This document shows, one piece after another, positions 24,790 to 37,789 of a stretch of 64,000 nt of DNA (position 1 is the first letter of the stretch; each line of letters opens with the position of its first letter). Source of the DNA: Bigelowiella natans CCMP2755. Its lineage: Eukaryota; Protista; Cercozoa. The notes under the pieces are model-generated. The model was given only the letters and a program-made list of their open reading frames with translations, had not been told where the DNA came from and did no database searches. Location: the NCBI GenBank assembly GCA_000320545.1, contig ADNK01000783.1:1-64000 (forward strand), read 5' to 3'. The translations under genes and the position numbers were made by a program.

Positions 24790-25222
24790 ATGAGGGTCCT
24801 GGTTGGAGTTATTACTCTGGCCCTTGCAGTTGCTGGGAAGGTCATGAAACCAGCCAAGATCGTGCATAATTTAATGCCGATCGAAATCGAGGCGCAAATG
24901 GATCACTGGCTTGTTAGGAGGGATTCCCCTAGTTTCCCTTCTGATAGCGCCATGTTGGAGACGCAAGTATGAATCACAAATGTTAAAGTGTTTACCTTTC
25001 TACACATTAATTGGATTTATATTACAGGCATCTATGGGTGAAGAACCTGCTCTTACAGCTGCTCTGGCATATCCTCCACCAGCTGCACAAACTGAAGCTT
25101 ATCTTCCAGAGCCAGCTCTTCCGAGTACCTTCTACGGCACACCTTACGGCCCTCCTTATCTATCTGCTCCAGAAGCAGAACCGGCTCTTCCCGAGGTTCC
25201 TCCACCACCATGGGTAACTTAA
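24790..25222 (+). CDS. Small secreted Pro/Ala/Glu-rich protein (~124 aa, 2 exons)
   Basis: Signal peptide MRVLVGVITLALAVAG; in-phase GT-AG intron 24967-25027; Pro-rich tail ending PEVPPPPWVT*. No family recognised. Confidence 0.6.
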
Positions 25223-26860
25223 GCATCTTTTAGATGTCGGGAATATGTGTGAGCATTGTATCTTTCAGGTTTCCGTTCCAGATTCTGGAAATGGAGATTT
25301 AGGAAATTCTGCAAAATCTATGACTCCATGATAAAGGGCTACTTATGCATCTTTAATCACAGTTTCTTTGGCATGTGTTGTATGAAATCCTGTTGCTGTG
25401 CTACTTAAATGTAGCAGCTTCGTCAAATTCCTAACAAAAAATTGAGTGAATCGGCTTGTCCACTGACATGTATAAAGACTACGTTCGCACCGCATGTTTC
25501 CATACACACACACACACACACACACTGGAATATATAATATGCATTAATATGTAGAACAGATGCGTTTAAAACTACACTTGCACTGTCTGGCCTGCATGCC
25601 AGCGTAGCTATGCGTATACATCATTATTACTAGCCATGCTGCGTCATACCATCACACACAAGCAGTGCAGCGCACTGTATTCTAGTATGAGAGACTGATT
25701 AGCTCAACAGCAGCAACATGGTGTGTGCTATGTACGTACATGCACTCACGCACATGTTTGAGTACAGCTACTACGCACACGCATGCACATGTATCGTATG
25801 CGTGCATGCACGCTAGCTGATCATCCATTGTTGATGTACGCCCCAGCTAGCTGTCTATACGTCACCCTTGGTTGACTTTGCCATTATAAACACTATCATA
25901 TTTGTGCACATTGCATGCGTTGCTACGTCGATCATGCATCACTACGTACGCACTGAGCGCGGTCGCACGCACGTAGCTGCGTTGTTGCTAGCTGCTATAT
26001 GCATGCATGCAGTCGCAGCTAGATGCGACTTACCAATTACCAATTGCGTCGCATCGCACCGCAAAAACATCACACTTCCATTACATAAACTGGCAACGAT
26101 TCACAAAGGAGGACATAGCAACACATTCTGCTGCGCGCACAGCTCGAGAGCTTGAATTATGTGACCCATTGCATTCATATGCATGCTTGACATCGTAGCT
26201 AGTAGAAACAAGCACAAATTAAGCGCTGTACGTAGCCGCGACTTTGCACAGCTACGTTAGTCATGATAATTATTGAACACCTATCATATGCGCAGCAAGG
26301 TGCATCACAAGGGCAACATGAGCTAGAGTCACGGGGCGTAAAACGCATGGGCAGACGCTGTTGACTTTCGAATATTTGATGAGTCAATATACAAAGCATC
26401 CCTCTTGTTAATGCAATCAATCGCATGGTATTTTTAGCTCTCCCAATGCTAATACAAGAGCTAGATATTGCATCTGATGAATACCGGCTTCAAATAATAA
26501 AACATAACATTAATAACAATAAAATATTGATGCTGTGATTAAGGTAGATTTCTACATAACAACTGTGTTTTTGACGAAGACTGACGCAATTTCTACTTAT
26601 GACGAGCAAGGAATTATCGACGCACACTACCATCAGCAAGTTTCTATGTAATGTATAAATAAATGTCCCAGTTTCTATGATAGACATTATACCGTCGCGT
26701 TTTAACTGAATATAGTTGCCAGACACACACAACGTCTTGAAGATGAACACCAGTGTTGAATTAGCAGCATAACGATTTCGCATAAAAATCGAGGATGACT
26801 ATTCTTCCTTTCTCTTTCAGGGGCGTTGCCTCCCCCCTCCCTACAAAATCACTTCATCTC

Positions 26861-27924
26861 TCAGTTGCCGTTTGCAGGTTTTTCCTGGTCAAGGCGTTCA
26901 AGGTCAATCCCGCCTTCTTCCTTGTTCGGCTTGTTTGCCTCATCGTGAGCCTTAAGAACCTTGTTATGGTTCCCCATGTAGAGGTAAAGCGCCGCGGTTA
27001 ACACCACAACCTGGTAGGGAGGAGGGAAGGAGATGACTTTTAGGTGACTGTTACTGAAATAAGATCAAAAGGTTTCTACAGCTAGCAGTATTCGAGGCAG
27101 TAAACGGAGTAGTGTATTAGCTCATGTTTTCCTTGCCCTCCCCCCTTCCTCTGCCCGTTCACCCCGCAAACGAAGGCCAGATCGATCGTTTCGTTGAAGA
27201 ACTTCGTAGAGAGATAAGTGGCGATGTACACGGCAACTGAAGGGATGAGGAGGCAAGCAGAGGGGTGTGCATAGATAAGAAATGAGGATGAGGGAATACA
27301 GCTGCCTAGCAGGAAGAACCGTTGGAGAGCGAAGATCATCATGGATCATCATTATCATTACTATCCCCATCAGGACTGAGAAGCTGACCTGCGCTTGTGA
27401 AGCACTTAATGACATTGTTAGCATACTTCATGATGTATGCGACGGATATTCCCTGTTACCAGAGATAGTTGTGAGATTAACCACAAAACAAAAACGCGAG
27501 CACACACAAGCACGCGTAGAGGCTCGACAGTTCATGCAGAGGGTGAAGCAAAGGGAAAGCAAGATGAAGGAGAGGTAAGTGGAGATGTTGAAGAGCGTGA
27601 GGACAAACGCCAAGGTACGATGGAGCATAGGATAGAGAAAATCTCCGAATATCCACGAAACTATCTCATCGTCCGTACCAAAGCTGCATTGTTGAAGATG
27701 ATCAGCCACACAACGGGTGTAAACCTACCAATCCCGTGGAGGGGGGGGAGGGGGGGGGGCACAAAAGAGTAGTAGATAAGTAACAGCAGGAATAATAGAG
27801 AATGGGAGAGAAATATGGGAAATAATATCGGCACATGCATAAATTAAATAGAATTTGAACTAGAACTTGTTATGCATCAAATCCACTAAAAAGTTTCCTC
27901 TTTAACTGCGCTCGGCAACCGACG

Positions 27925-27964
<40 letters not shown>

Positions 27965-28720
27965 CTCAAGGACACAACAAAACACTAACCCTGCGAAGAA
28001 GCCTTCTTCCGTATTAGTTCCTGGTGCAGACTGCAGCATATTACCTGCGATGAGATGAGTGGGTCATCGAGTATCACAGGTAAACAGTAGAGCACGACAA
28101 CGACGATGATAATGATGATGGATGATCAACGATGGTGATGAAAATAATAGTGATGGTGGCACTTAAGCTATATATAGCCTTGCTGTCATTGAATTATTCT
28201 CACGAAATCCCTCGATACGAGTGGGTAGGATTGGGCAAGTGGTTGATATAACTGGAGTCTCTCCGCATTACTACCATTAGAATAAGTGGGGGCTTGCATC
28301 ATCATCATCATCATTCTGTAACAACCTACCGATGAGATTCAGCATTACACCGAAGAAGTACCTGAGTTATGTGGTGGTGGTGGTGATGAGGATGATGATG
28401 ATGATGATGATGACGACGACGATGATGATTGCTGTGTCGAGACGTAGGACGATTAATTTTCACTGATGCTGTATCTCGCATAGCCTCCTCTGTCTACACT
28501 TCAAGGGGGCTGCTGCGTATGTCCACCCGACGCTTGGTATTCAGAGTTGTAACACCAGTTTATGCATGCATTCATTTTCGTCGTTGTTGTATGTTATTTG
28601 TAAAAATATCATGTTTATGGGGCTTCTCACAGCTGCATGTTCTTAAATTGGAGAGGGGCCTACTCACGGACATTCAAGGACGAATCAAATGTCAGAAGGA
28701 CGTCAAGCCTCATCACGACC

Positions 28721-28763
<43 letters not shown>

Positions 28764-30612
28764 CATCACTTAATATCAAAATATGAAGAAACACGCACCA
28801 CACTCATCTCTAGGGACGGGGTCCAAAATAAAGGCAATGATAGTTTCAAACAGATGGATAGAAGGAATGAGTTATAGGTTACCTCAGGGTCGATCTTCTT
28901 GATCAACCACTCGTTAAAGACCCCAGAGAACGCCGACATCGTACTGTGCACGATTAGAAGCAGCAGCAGCAGCAGCAGCCAACAAATGAAATACAATGAA
29001 ACAGAAAACCGACATGTACACATATAGAGATGTAGAGAGCTGGCAAGGGTTAGCTGTTTCTTATTCTCTCGCACACCTGTTCACAATAAGGAGCCCTCCT
29101 CCAAAGATCAGGTCCTGTTGGCTTGCCCACCCCGAGCTCTGCTCTGAAACGTGGCGGGGGACGGGGGGGGTAGAGTTTGATCGTGAGCAAGAGTCCCATC
29201 ACCATTGCATACATTTTAGATTTTGACAGGAAGAACCGCGTTTTGCTTAGTGCATCTTGTTGTGAGCGATAGCAGTACTTGCTGTCAGGTAAGTGCAGAC
29301 GTGCTTTTGCAGCTGCTACTAGATTCATCATGCTTACCAGAAGTAAAGACTCCGAGCTTACTGATAACCATGGAGATGAAGAGCAACGCCACAGCTAGCC
29401 ACTATAATCAATCCATTGATTGTACAGAGGAGGGGTGGGGTTATAACAGCACGCACGAACAAACAACGCACTCAGAGAAACTAATGGAGCTGGGAATCAT
29501 CACCATCATCATCATCATCGTTGTCGCTATTATCATATTCGGTGTAGTGCCTGGATGATAGTGAGGCCACGATTCGGGAGAATGATTCTGTGCAGAATAG
29601 CTGTGGTTACGATCTTGAAGTTGCTGAACACCTGCAACCCATCAAGATGCACCCACCCACTAATTAAAAGTCCTGGCGCATTTGTGTACATGAGTGAGTG
29701 TGTGTGTGTGTGTGAGGGGTGTATCTGGTGTTTCGTATGCCTGGAATGTAGGAGGTCCTAATATAGCAATGGCCGTGTAGACGATGGAGTTCTGGCAAGC
29801 ATAGATTAGCCCGGGAATCTAAAAAATGCATAAAATAGCAACAACAATGCTGCTCAAATGAGGAGTCAGATCATGCATAGCTAAACGATGAGGCATTAGA
29901 GAACGACGTGATACATTGTTCGCATGCATGCTGTGATTCCATTAGCATAGCTACTGTCTATCGCGCTTAGTTTGTGCAAAAAATCTGGTTATCACCATGT
30001 ACATCAGGAAGCTCTTCGTGTTGAAGTTTCCGAGACCATCATACCGCTTCTACGAAGGTAGCGGCAACAGCAGGGGGAGGAGGGAGAGAGTAGGAAGGGG
30101 AGAATATAGAGAGATGAGAGTGAATGGAGGCGAAGATTTAAGGTACCTCGGGGAGAATTTTAATGCAGGAAATGGGAGTGGTAAGCACTATTGAACGTTT
30201 TCATACTATTTCTTAGTTTATCTTAATAATATTGGTATTATCTTCATCGTTGTATCCACCCTACCTTGTAGTCAAATTGCAGCCAATATCCCGTAGCAAA
30301 AGCTAGCTTGATTGCTTCCTACAGTGTTGTGCAGATAAGAGTATAAGTCACCGCAAGGTATAACAATGTCACCAATACATGTACGCCTCCGTACGCATAA
30401 AGAAGCATCACTATTATTACCTGCAAAAGCACAGCGCTCGTGGTTTTATATGGAAGGCCTTGTGCCGTTTTTGTTGCAGCTGTTAACATGGTCTAAAATG
30501 TGGTAAAATAGCTCATTATAGTAAACTCTCTTAGAGCTGATGGATAGAAATGACACCTGCGTGACGATAAAAGTTGTTAGCGCCGCTCCAGCTCCGAATG
30601 CACGGGGGTCAA
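26861..30612 (-). CDS. SLC35A-family nucleotide-sugar transporter (UDP-Gal/CMP-Sia type), more than 12 exons
   Basis: Spliced motifs: YKTTSAVLLQ|EAIKL, IPGLIYACQNSIVY..PTFQ|VFSNFKIVTTAIL..LTIIQ|WLAVALL, MSAFSGVFNEWLIKK, KNMQL|YFFG, GFFAG|F..WLIIFNNAAL|GISVAYIMKYANNVIKCF. Stop at 26861. The first exon may lie up to ATG 30888. Confidence 0.9.
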
Positions 30613-30667
30613 CTATGTTATATGAGCGAAAGTGTGATCATGCTAAATACGATACGGTTAAACGGAT

Positions 30668-30734
<67 letters not shown>

Positions 30735-31777
30735 AATGTTTATATTTTTTTAATACCTCTATGCATGTATACGTTTGTGTGTACAAGTTTACGTATATAT
30801 GGTGTGTAGATTTACTGTGCCGGAAGTATATAACATCTACACCAGTATGGAGTGTGTTGATTTCACCATCGATATTGAGCAGCTTCATGACGAGGAGTTA
30901 GGTAGAAATCTCTTTAGTCTCTGGAATCCTGATAAGGGTTATGAGGTTGGGCAATAGTCGCTTAGGGTGAAGACAACACGAAATCGCAACTGGACCCCAC
31001 ACTACAGAACCGATGTAACACGAATGCAAACAGGAAAATCTCGTCTCTTGCTGTGTATAAGCCGCAAAATGTGCCTCCAAGAAAATCCCTTCATCGAAAG
31101 GTTAGGGTCATGCGGCGGGTCTTATGTGGAATGGTAGTTGACGAACCGGAAAGGAAGGGCCGGGTGAGACCTGGCAAGCTCGGTACAGCTGGAAGTATCT
31201 GTGGGCTACGTGAATATTTCCTCAGGCTTTGCTCTGATGACGTCACAGCCCTTTTTATTAGAAAAACAGTCAAAGGGGCAGGACGCACTAACAAATAGGA
31301 ATGATTTACAAATGTTCTGAGCAAAGTAACGCCACTGAACACTCCCTCATGAATCTTAGTTCCTTATTATCACCAACGAGTGTTTCCGCAGTCGCACTGA
31401 AGGTGATTTGACTCATAACTTGGGTATGACAACCTGCATCACGTCCTAAATGTCCTATAATTTCGAACAAAATCAAAGCAAGTTTCTCGGGAATACCATA
31501 GTTAAATGTGTTCTTGGCGTACGACTTGCTAACGGTTGTCGTAGAGCTTGAACTCCAGCTGGATAGGTAACGCCTTCGCGGAAAATTTATGTGAGCAACC
31601 AGTTTTGGTTTTATTTCTGCGACATGAAGTATGGGTTGTCTTAGTCAAAAACCCGAAGGGACACGAGACCACCGGATCCCCCTGATGAGAATGCTGAAGG
31701 TGGAAGCAGCAGCGATGGAAGCATGAGGGTTTCACGATGTCAACGAGAGTGGAGGGATGCAAGGTCAACTCCAAGGG

Positions 31778-31834
<57 letters not shown>

Positions 31835-31983
31835 TTCAAATACATAAATAAATATATGTATAAAGAGAGAAAACGCAATTTCTATCGTTGTCCAAGCACA
31901 AAAGTAATGTGGTTCAGTAAGCAACAGAGTTCCGAAAACATAGGGGCGATATATTCTGACAGCACTATTAATCTTAATCATAG

Positions 31984-33648
31984 GATATCTAAAACGGGAG
32001 TGAAGATGGCTAAGAAGACAGAGCAGGGGCAGTTGCTATCCATTTCGGATCTAAGCGTTGAGGATAAGATCAAGATAGGTGATTTACATGACAATGTAAA
32101 TCGGCATCTTCGTTGGAAATTTAATGCCTTATCTTATCAGGGAAACTTTTGAGGGAGGTTGCAAAGCAGCAGAAAGATATAAAAGCGCTGGAGAGCATGA
32201 AATACGCAACGGAACAGACTTTGGGGGAATATCGAACAAGAAATGCTGGCATTGCGAAACAGTATACGGCTCTTAAGGGAAAACTGCACCAATCTGTCGG
32301 CCTTCTTAAACAGTATGATCTAAAAAATCTGTAAATATAAAAATAGAGGTGCACTAAACTAAGAGGAAAGACGTTGTTGCTATGACAATCATAATACTTA
32401 TTAATTGCTTGCAAATTGCACAAACATGTGGGCCACACATGAACGGACGTAGGTATCAAAAACGTCTCCAGGTCATGCAAGGTGCTGTCCTGAGGAACAA
32501 AATATTGGCCGAGGAAAACGAAAACCTGAAGACACGTGTTACCATGCTTCTCAAGGAAAAGACGAATACAGCTCGTCCTCTACCTCGTAGTGCCAAAAAC
32601 CCTGAAGTGGTTCCTCCTTCCTCGTTCTCAATAGACAAGCGTAGAATGATCTCCCCCTCCTTGTCCACAACCACGGGCCTTCCTCCACCGCATGAGACGC
32701 TTGAGCACGAGGGGAATTATAGAAACTCGCTGCATGCAGATTTAGATGTTGATGGTGACACACGAAGGAGGACAGGGGAGAAATCAGCAACCGTAACAAT
32801 GATGGCCAACTTGAATAAGGATCAAACTTCATCACTATACCCTGATCGTCACTATCACCACCGTCATCATCATCATCATCACCGGTCGTCGTCCCCTCTT
32901 GCCAATAGAAAGACTTCTGCGAATACTTTCATCAGCTCAAAGGAAGAGAGTCGCGGTGGAGCATCGAAGGTCCTCAATCCTCCACCTCCCTCTCATCGTA
33001 AATGCATTCCATCTCCATTTCCATCATCCCCATTGTCTATGCCACCAGCACCAGAAACAGCTGGAGCAGCAACAACAGCACCTGCAGGGCCACAATTAGC
33101 TACCTTTAAAACCACGGACTCCAAAAAGGCCGTGAGAGAGGAAGTGCAGCTCCTCTTGAGAACATTGAAGCAGCAGCAAGAGCAGCAGGCTGAAAAACAA
33201 CCAGATACATCCGACGTTGCTTCTGCTGCTGATGATGATGATGATGAAGAAGGAGAAGGATCAATTGTCCACATGAAGAATACAGTGACTTTTGGCGGAG
33301 GAAGCGAGCGAGAAAAGGAGAGAGGAGGAAAGAGAGAGCAGTTGCGACATAAGAACAGCATCCGCGAATCGCTTTCCCCACCTCTTCGTAACCACCTTAG
33401 ACACGGCGGAAGCAGCACGAAGGAGGGGGAGAAGAGCTTACTCGAACTATTCAAAAATCTTGACCTTCGGTCGACTCTTGTTCAGAGACTGTTGCGCATA
33501 CAACGTGGCACTCACACTACTTCCTCGTCCTCAACCTCAACCTCAACTTCGCAATCGTTGGCTCAAAAGAAGGGACAAACGCAGAAGTGTCATAAAAATA
33601 GCCTTCGCTCGAAAATAAAGGGTATTTATTCGCGCGCGCGCGCGCGCG

Positions 33649-33683
<35 letters not shown>

Positions 33684-34939
33684 AGTTCTTGCTGGCTTGT
33701 TGAAGGAAATAAAAAATAGAATTAGAGATTAAGGGAAAAAGTCTTGTTATTCCTCTTTCCAGCCGCATCCCTTCTTCCTCCTTATCACCTGATCTTCTTC
33801 TTCTTCTACTTCTCCTCTTTATCCTCTACTTGCCAGCAGACGGCTTGCTGAGAAATCCAAATGGGAGAAAACAAAAGAGTATCATCGGCCTCAAGTGCAT
33901 TCCAGGTCCTCTACACGGTCTCTCGCTCTCGCTCTAGTGTGACAAATGCCCTTCAACTAGTTTTGACTATTTTACATCGTACCAACTGCTACCTTAGAAC
34001 TTGGAGGAGGAGGAGAAGGAGGAGGAGGAGGAGAGAAAAAGGTGGTGGGCGGTCAGCATAATAAAGCAATGACCACCGCAAAAGCCCTCCCCGCCACCGA
34101 CTCCTCCAGCAGCAACAGCATCAGCGCACCAAAGGCTCGTCTCCTTTCCTCAACGTTGTCTCCATCTTCGATGATGGGTATTAAGGAGCAGCAGCAGCAG
34201 CAGAAAAGGGCAAAGAAACAATCGGAGGATGAATTAGGGCTACATCGAGGAAACGTATGTTGTTAGCTATCGCTACGAAAAATAGCCGATATGAAATATT
34301 GTATCTTTAGAATGGTATTGCTCATTTATTCTTCACGATTTTCAACGCACCAACAGATATCCACGTCCAGCGCACAGACAGCTCCCGCCATACTTGTACC
34401 GTTACGCGACTGGAGGACTAGGGATAATAAGATCAGTAGCAGCACCATCAAAAAAGCTGGCAACAGTCATGAGATTAGAAGTACTAATAATAAAGGTGTG
34501 AAATCGGAGCAGAGAGAAGCCGTAGTAGAACTGCCGGATTTAGATGGCCCCCCTCCTCCACCGCTGATGACTGCCCAAAAAACATCGTCGTCATTTGAAA
34601 GAGCAGCGTTGCTGTTTGCGAATGGTTACCGTGACTCCATTGCCAATGCAACAGCTCCCTGGAGAGCTCACAGTACCAATGTCCGGGAACAAGGGTTAGA
34701 TGATGAAGAGCCGGGAAGCTGCGACAACATTGAGGACGACTCCTCCTTGGTTGCCATTCTCAACGATGGCACAAAAGAGGTCAGTAGGAATTTAATATTG
34801 CTAATCTTCTACGAGATTTGGTGATTTCCAAGCAAGTATGTTTGCTTTTGTCTCGATCAGGCCTTAGTATTGCCAAGAGTGCCATCATCGCCATCGTCGT
34901 CAAGGTCGCGTCCGTCGTCTGAAGCGCGACATTTTGGCG
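31984..34939 (+). CDS. Coiled-coil protein with hinderin/KIAA1328-like segment and low-complexity C-terminus
   Basis: Spliced SISDLSVEDKIKIG|KLLREVAK...SVGLLKQ|YQKRL resembles, from memory, the hinderin motif DLCPEDKRRIANLIKELARV...LLSLYQKYL. Both gene ends unresolved. Confidence 0.55.
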
Positions 34940-35326
34940 GTGTGAGTGCTGTCATTCATGCTCCAAATAAGGTATTTGAAGAATTAACGTGACTTCGCAA
35001 CGGATCGTCTCACATGATATTCCATGTGGGGAGCGATATATCTGTTGCTTTTGAGTACATAAGGAACATACCCAATAACGGAGAAATCCACTACCGAAAT
35101 TCACGATTTCCCCACTGGTCGAATTTCGTGGTTTCTGGATATATAATCGACAAATGCAATCACCCGATTTCATGTGATACAACGCGGCACTTTGTGTGCG
35201 AAACCCGGCAAACAATTTACGAAAGAGCATAAAATCTAACTCCGTGATAAATAATAAATCCTCAGCCAGTGCATTGCACCCCATTGCCAATCACATAGGC
35301 TTCCAAAAAAAACATCGATCTATGTC

Positions 35327-35366
<40 letters not shown>

Positions 35367-36139
35367 ATTTCTGTGTTTGGTTATTATATTTGATCAGGCT
35401 GAGGCATCACAACAACGATTTTCATATGATGCTTCTCTTCTGGACATCATTGACGCTCTGGATGAAGACGATAGCTGAACACCTGCATGCGATTTATCTG
35501 ATATTAGTTTCTAACAGAATGACACTATAGCAGCACTAGATTGTGTCTTGTATCGTAAATTACTTGCCCCATGCTAGCATGTTATCCGAGTATACGAGTC
35601 AGCATGCTGTTCATGTAGGCGTCCAGTTGGCACTTTGTATAGACTTGCATGCATGCATGTAGCAAGGGCTCACATTGTGCACCATCATGGCGGCCGTGGC
35701 GGCACGCATAGCTGGATAGCATGTAGCAGTAGATATGTATCGCATAAAGCGTCCTGCTAGCTTTGCATGCGGCAGCATGGAGACAGGCGCTTCGTGTTGC
35801 ATGCGCTACGCTTGCTGACTACTGACCACCTTCCATTATGCGTCGTACGTGATCGAATTTATGGGCCAAGCTACATGTGATGCTGTGGCGGGTTAGCTGG
35901 TGCATGCAAGGATGCACAGCGCACCAGCTTTGACCACGGGCTCTTTTATGCTTTTAGCCAATACACTAACTACACTGCAATTAGGAAACAGCTAGTGCAT
36001 TCCTAATTTTCATTTACATATAACAGACATCATCACAGTTACGTTTTTATCACCGTCTTGTCATCGTCTTTATATGTAGCCGGGGACAGAAAGGAAGGAG
36101 AAAATGTGTTGAGATACACACTCCTGCAGCAACCGACAC

Positions 36140-37545
36140 TTAAAACTTAAAGTGTGTTGTAAACGCTTCAAGATCTTTTCTCTCTACAAGAGGAATCAAA
36201 TCCGAGCGATTACACGATGCTAGTGAGATCTTGAGGTAACCCCAAACATGTTGTGCCGCCGAGTTTTGTCTCAGAGCCTTGAGGTAGTGAATGCATGCCT
36301 TATCATGCATAGCCTGATTAGCGTAGGCAATGGCAAGATTCGTACGCGAACGCATGTAGTTCGGCTTGAGAGCTAGTGCCTTCTGATAGGCTCCTACAGC
36401 AAGCTTGCTGCGGTTGCTGTTGGCGTAGGTCGCACCTAGTTTATTCCACAGGTATGGGTCGTTTGGCTTCATGTTACAGCCTTGCTGGAAGTGATCGACC
36501 GCCTTATCGTAGTTGTCCGACAAGTGATGCAACACACCAACCACGGTGTGTAGCTCAGCATCTTTCGGATTAGCCTTCACAGCCGCTAAGAACATCATCA
36601 TGACGGCGTCGCTAAGAGTCGTGTTGAGGCCATATTTGGGTCCTTGGTATGACTTTTCGTATTCCCTTATGGTTCTCCCGTGCTTCTGGACTTCTTCTAA
36701 GTGAGAGTACTCTGGGTTGTTCTCAAGCCACGTCTTCAGATATGTCAAGGCGCGGGCCTCCTCGAGGTCATTCGTGTAGGAGACGCCCAGCATCATCAAC
36801 GCGGAGAGATTGTAAGGATCACACTTGAGGCATTTGAGCAGTGCTGCGATGGCCGGGCGCTCCTCCTCCTCATCCGCATGGCACTGACCGAGATACCGCC
36901 AGCCTTCCGCGTGTTCTGGGTGATATTGGACGTTGGCCTCGAACGCCTGGAGGGCTTCCTTCAAGTTGCCTTTCTTCATCAGTCTTAGCCCGCGCTGAAA
37001 CGCCTCGCCGTTGTCCTTCTTTCCCTCCTTGGCGGTGTAGTAGGGATTGTTCTTCTGCATCACATAGACAGGGTCTACCATAGACTGCTGCTGAGCTGGC
37101 ATGAAACTCGACGAGGAACTGATGAATACAATTGGTAGTAGTGGTAGTAGGAGGAGGAGGAGGAGGAGGAGGAGGAGGAGGAGGAGATGAGGAGGAGTTG
37201 GAGTGCCACATCGCTAGACTGCATTCAAGTGCTAGCTGCTATTTGTTCGACGACAGGAAAAATAAGCATAGTAGCTTCCTGATTGCACTACTATAAGCAA
37301 TAATACTTCCATGCATAATGTTGGTGTTTGAATGATTGGTGGTGTTTGAATGATCAGCCATCACATATGGGGCTTTTCTTTCGCTTGTCAACCCCCCCCC
37401 CCTCCCCCCTAAGACGATGACTACACGTGTATGGTACCCTTGCTCAAATTGTCGTTTCCACTCTCGCATGCCTTCCGAATCCTGTGCCTTCGAGAGATGG
37501 CATGATAATGAGATAATGCAGGTGAAAAGATTACTACTTCTCCTA

Positions 37546-37582
<37 letters not shown>

Positions 37583-37756
37583 AACATCAACTACTATAAC
37601 TATACTTGCTAGCTATTACAACCTCCCAATCATCAGACATCTCCTGTGCGTTGTTAAACTCGGCTGCCCAAGCCTCCCCCATGTCCTTTTCATTAATAGC
37701 AGTAGTGGAGATCAATTGAATGAACGAATTACGACAATATTTCACGGAACAATAAT

Positions 37757-37789
<33 letters not shown>

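Noticed and set aside
30946-30965. Possible 20-nt intron joining plus-strand ORF pieces upstream of the hinderin-like gene
   Set aside because: No homology support; all other introns here are much longer; the 5' ends of both flanking genes are unresolved.
35014-35232. ORF ending SCDTTRHFVCE, resembling a C-type lectin C-terminus
   Set aside because: Lacks the rest of the CTLD (WIG, other cysteines), and no splice context was found.
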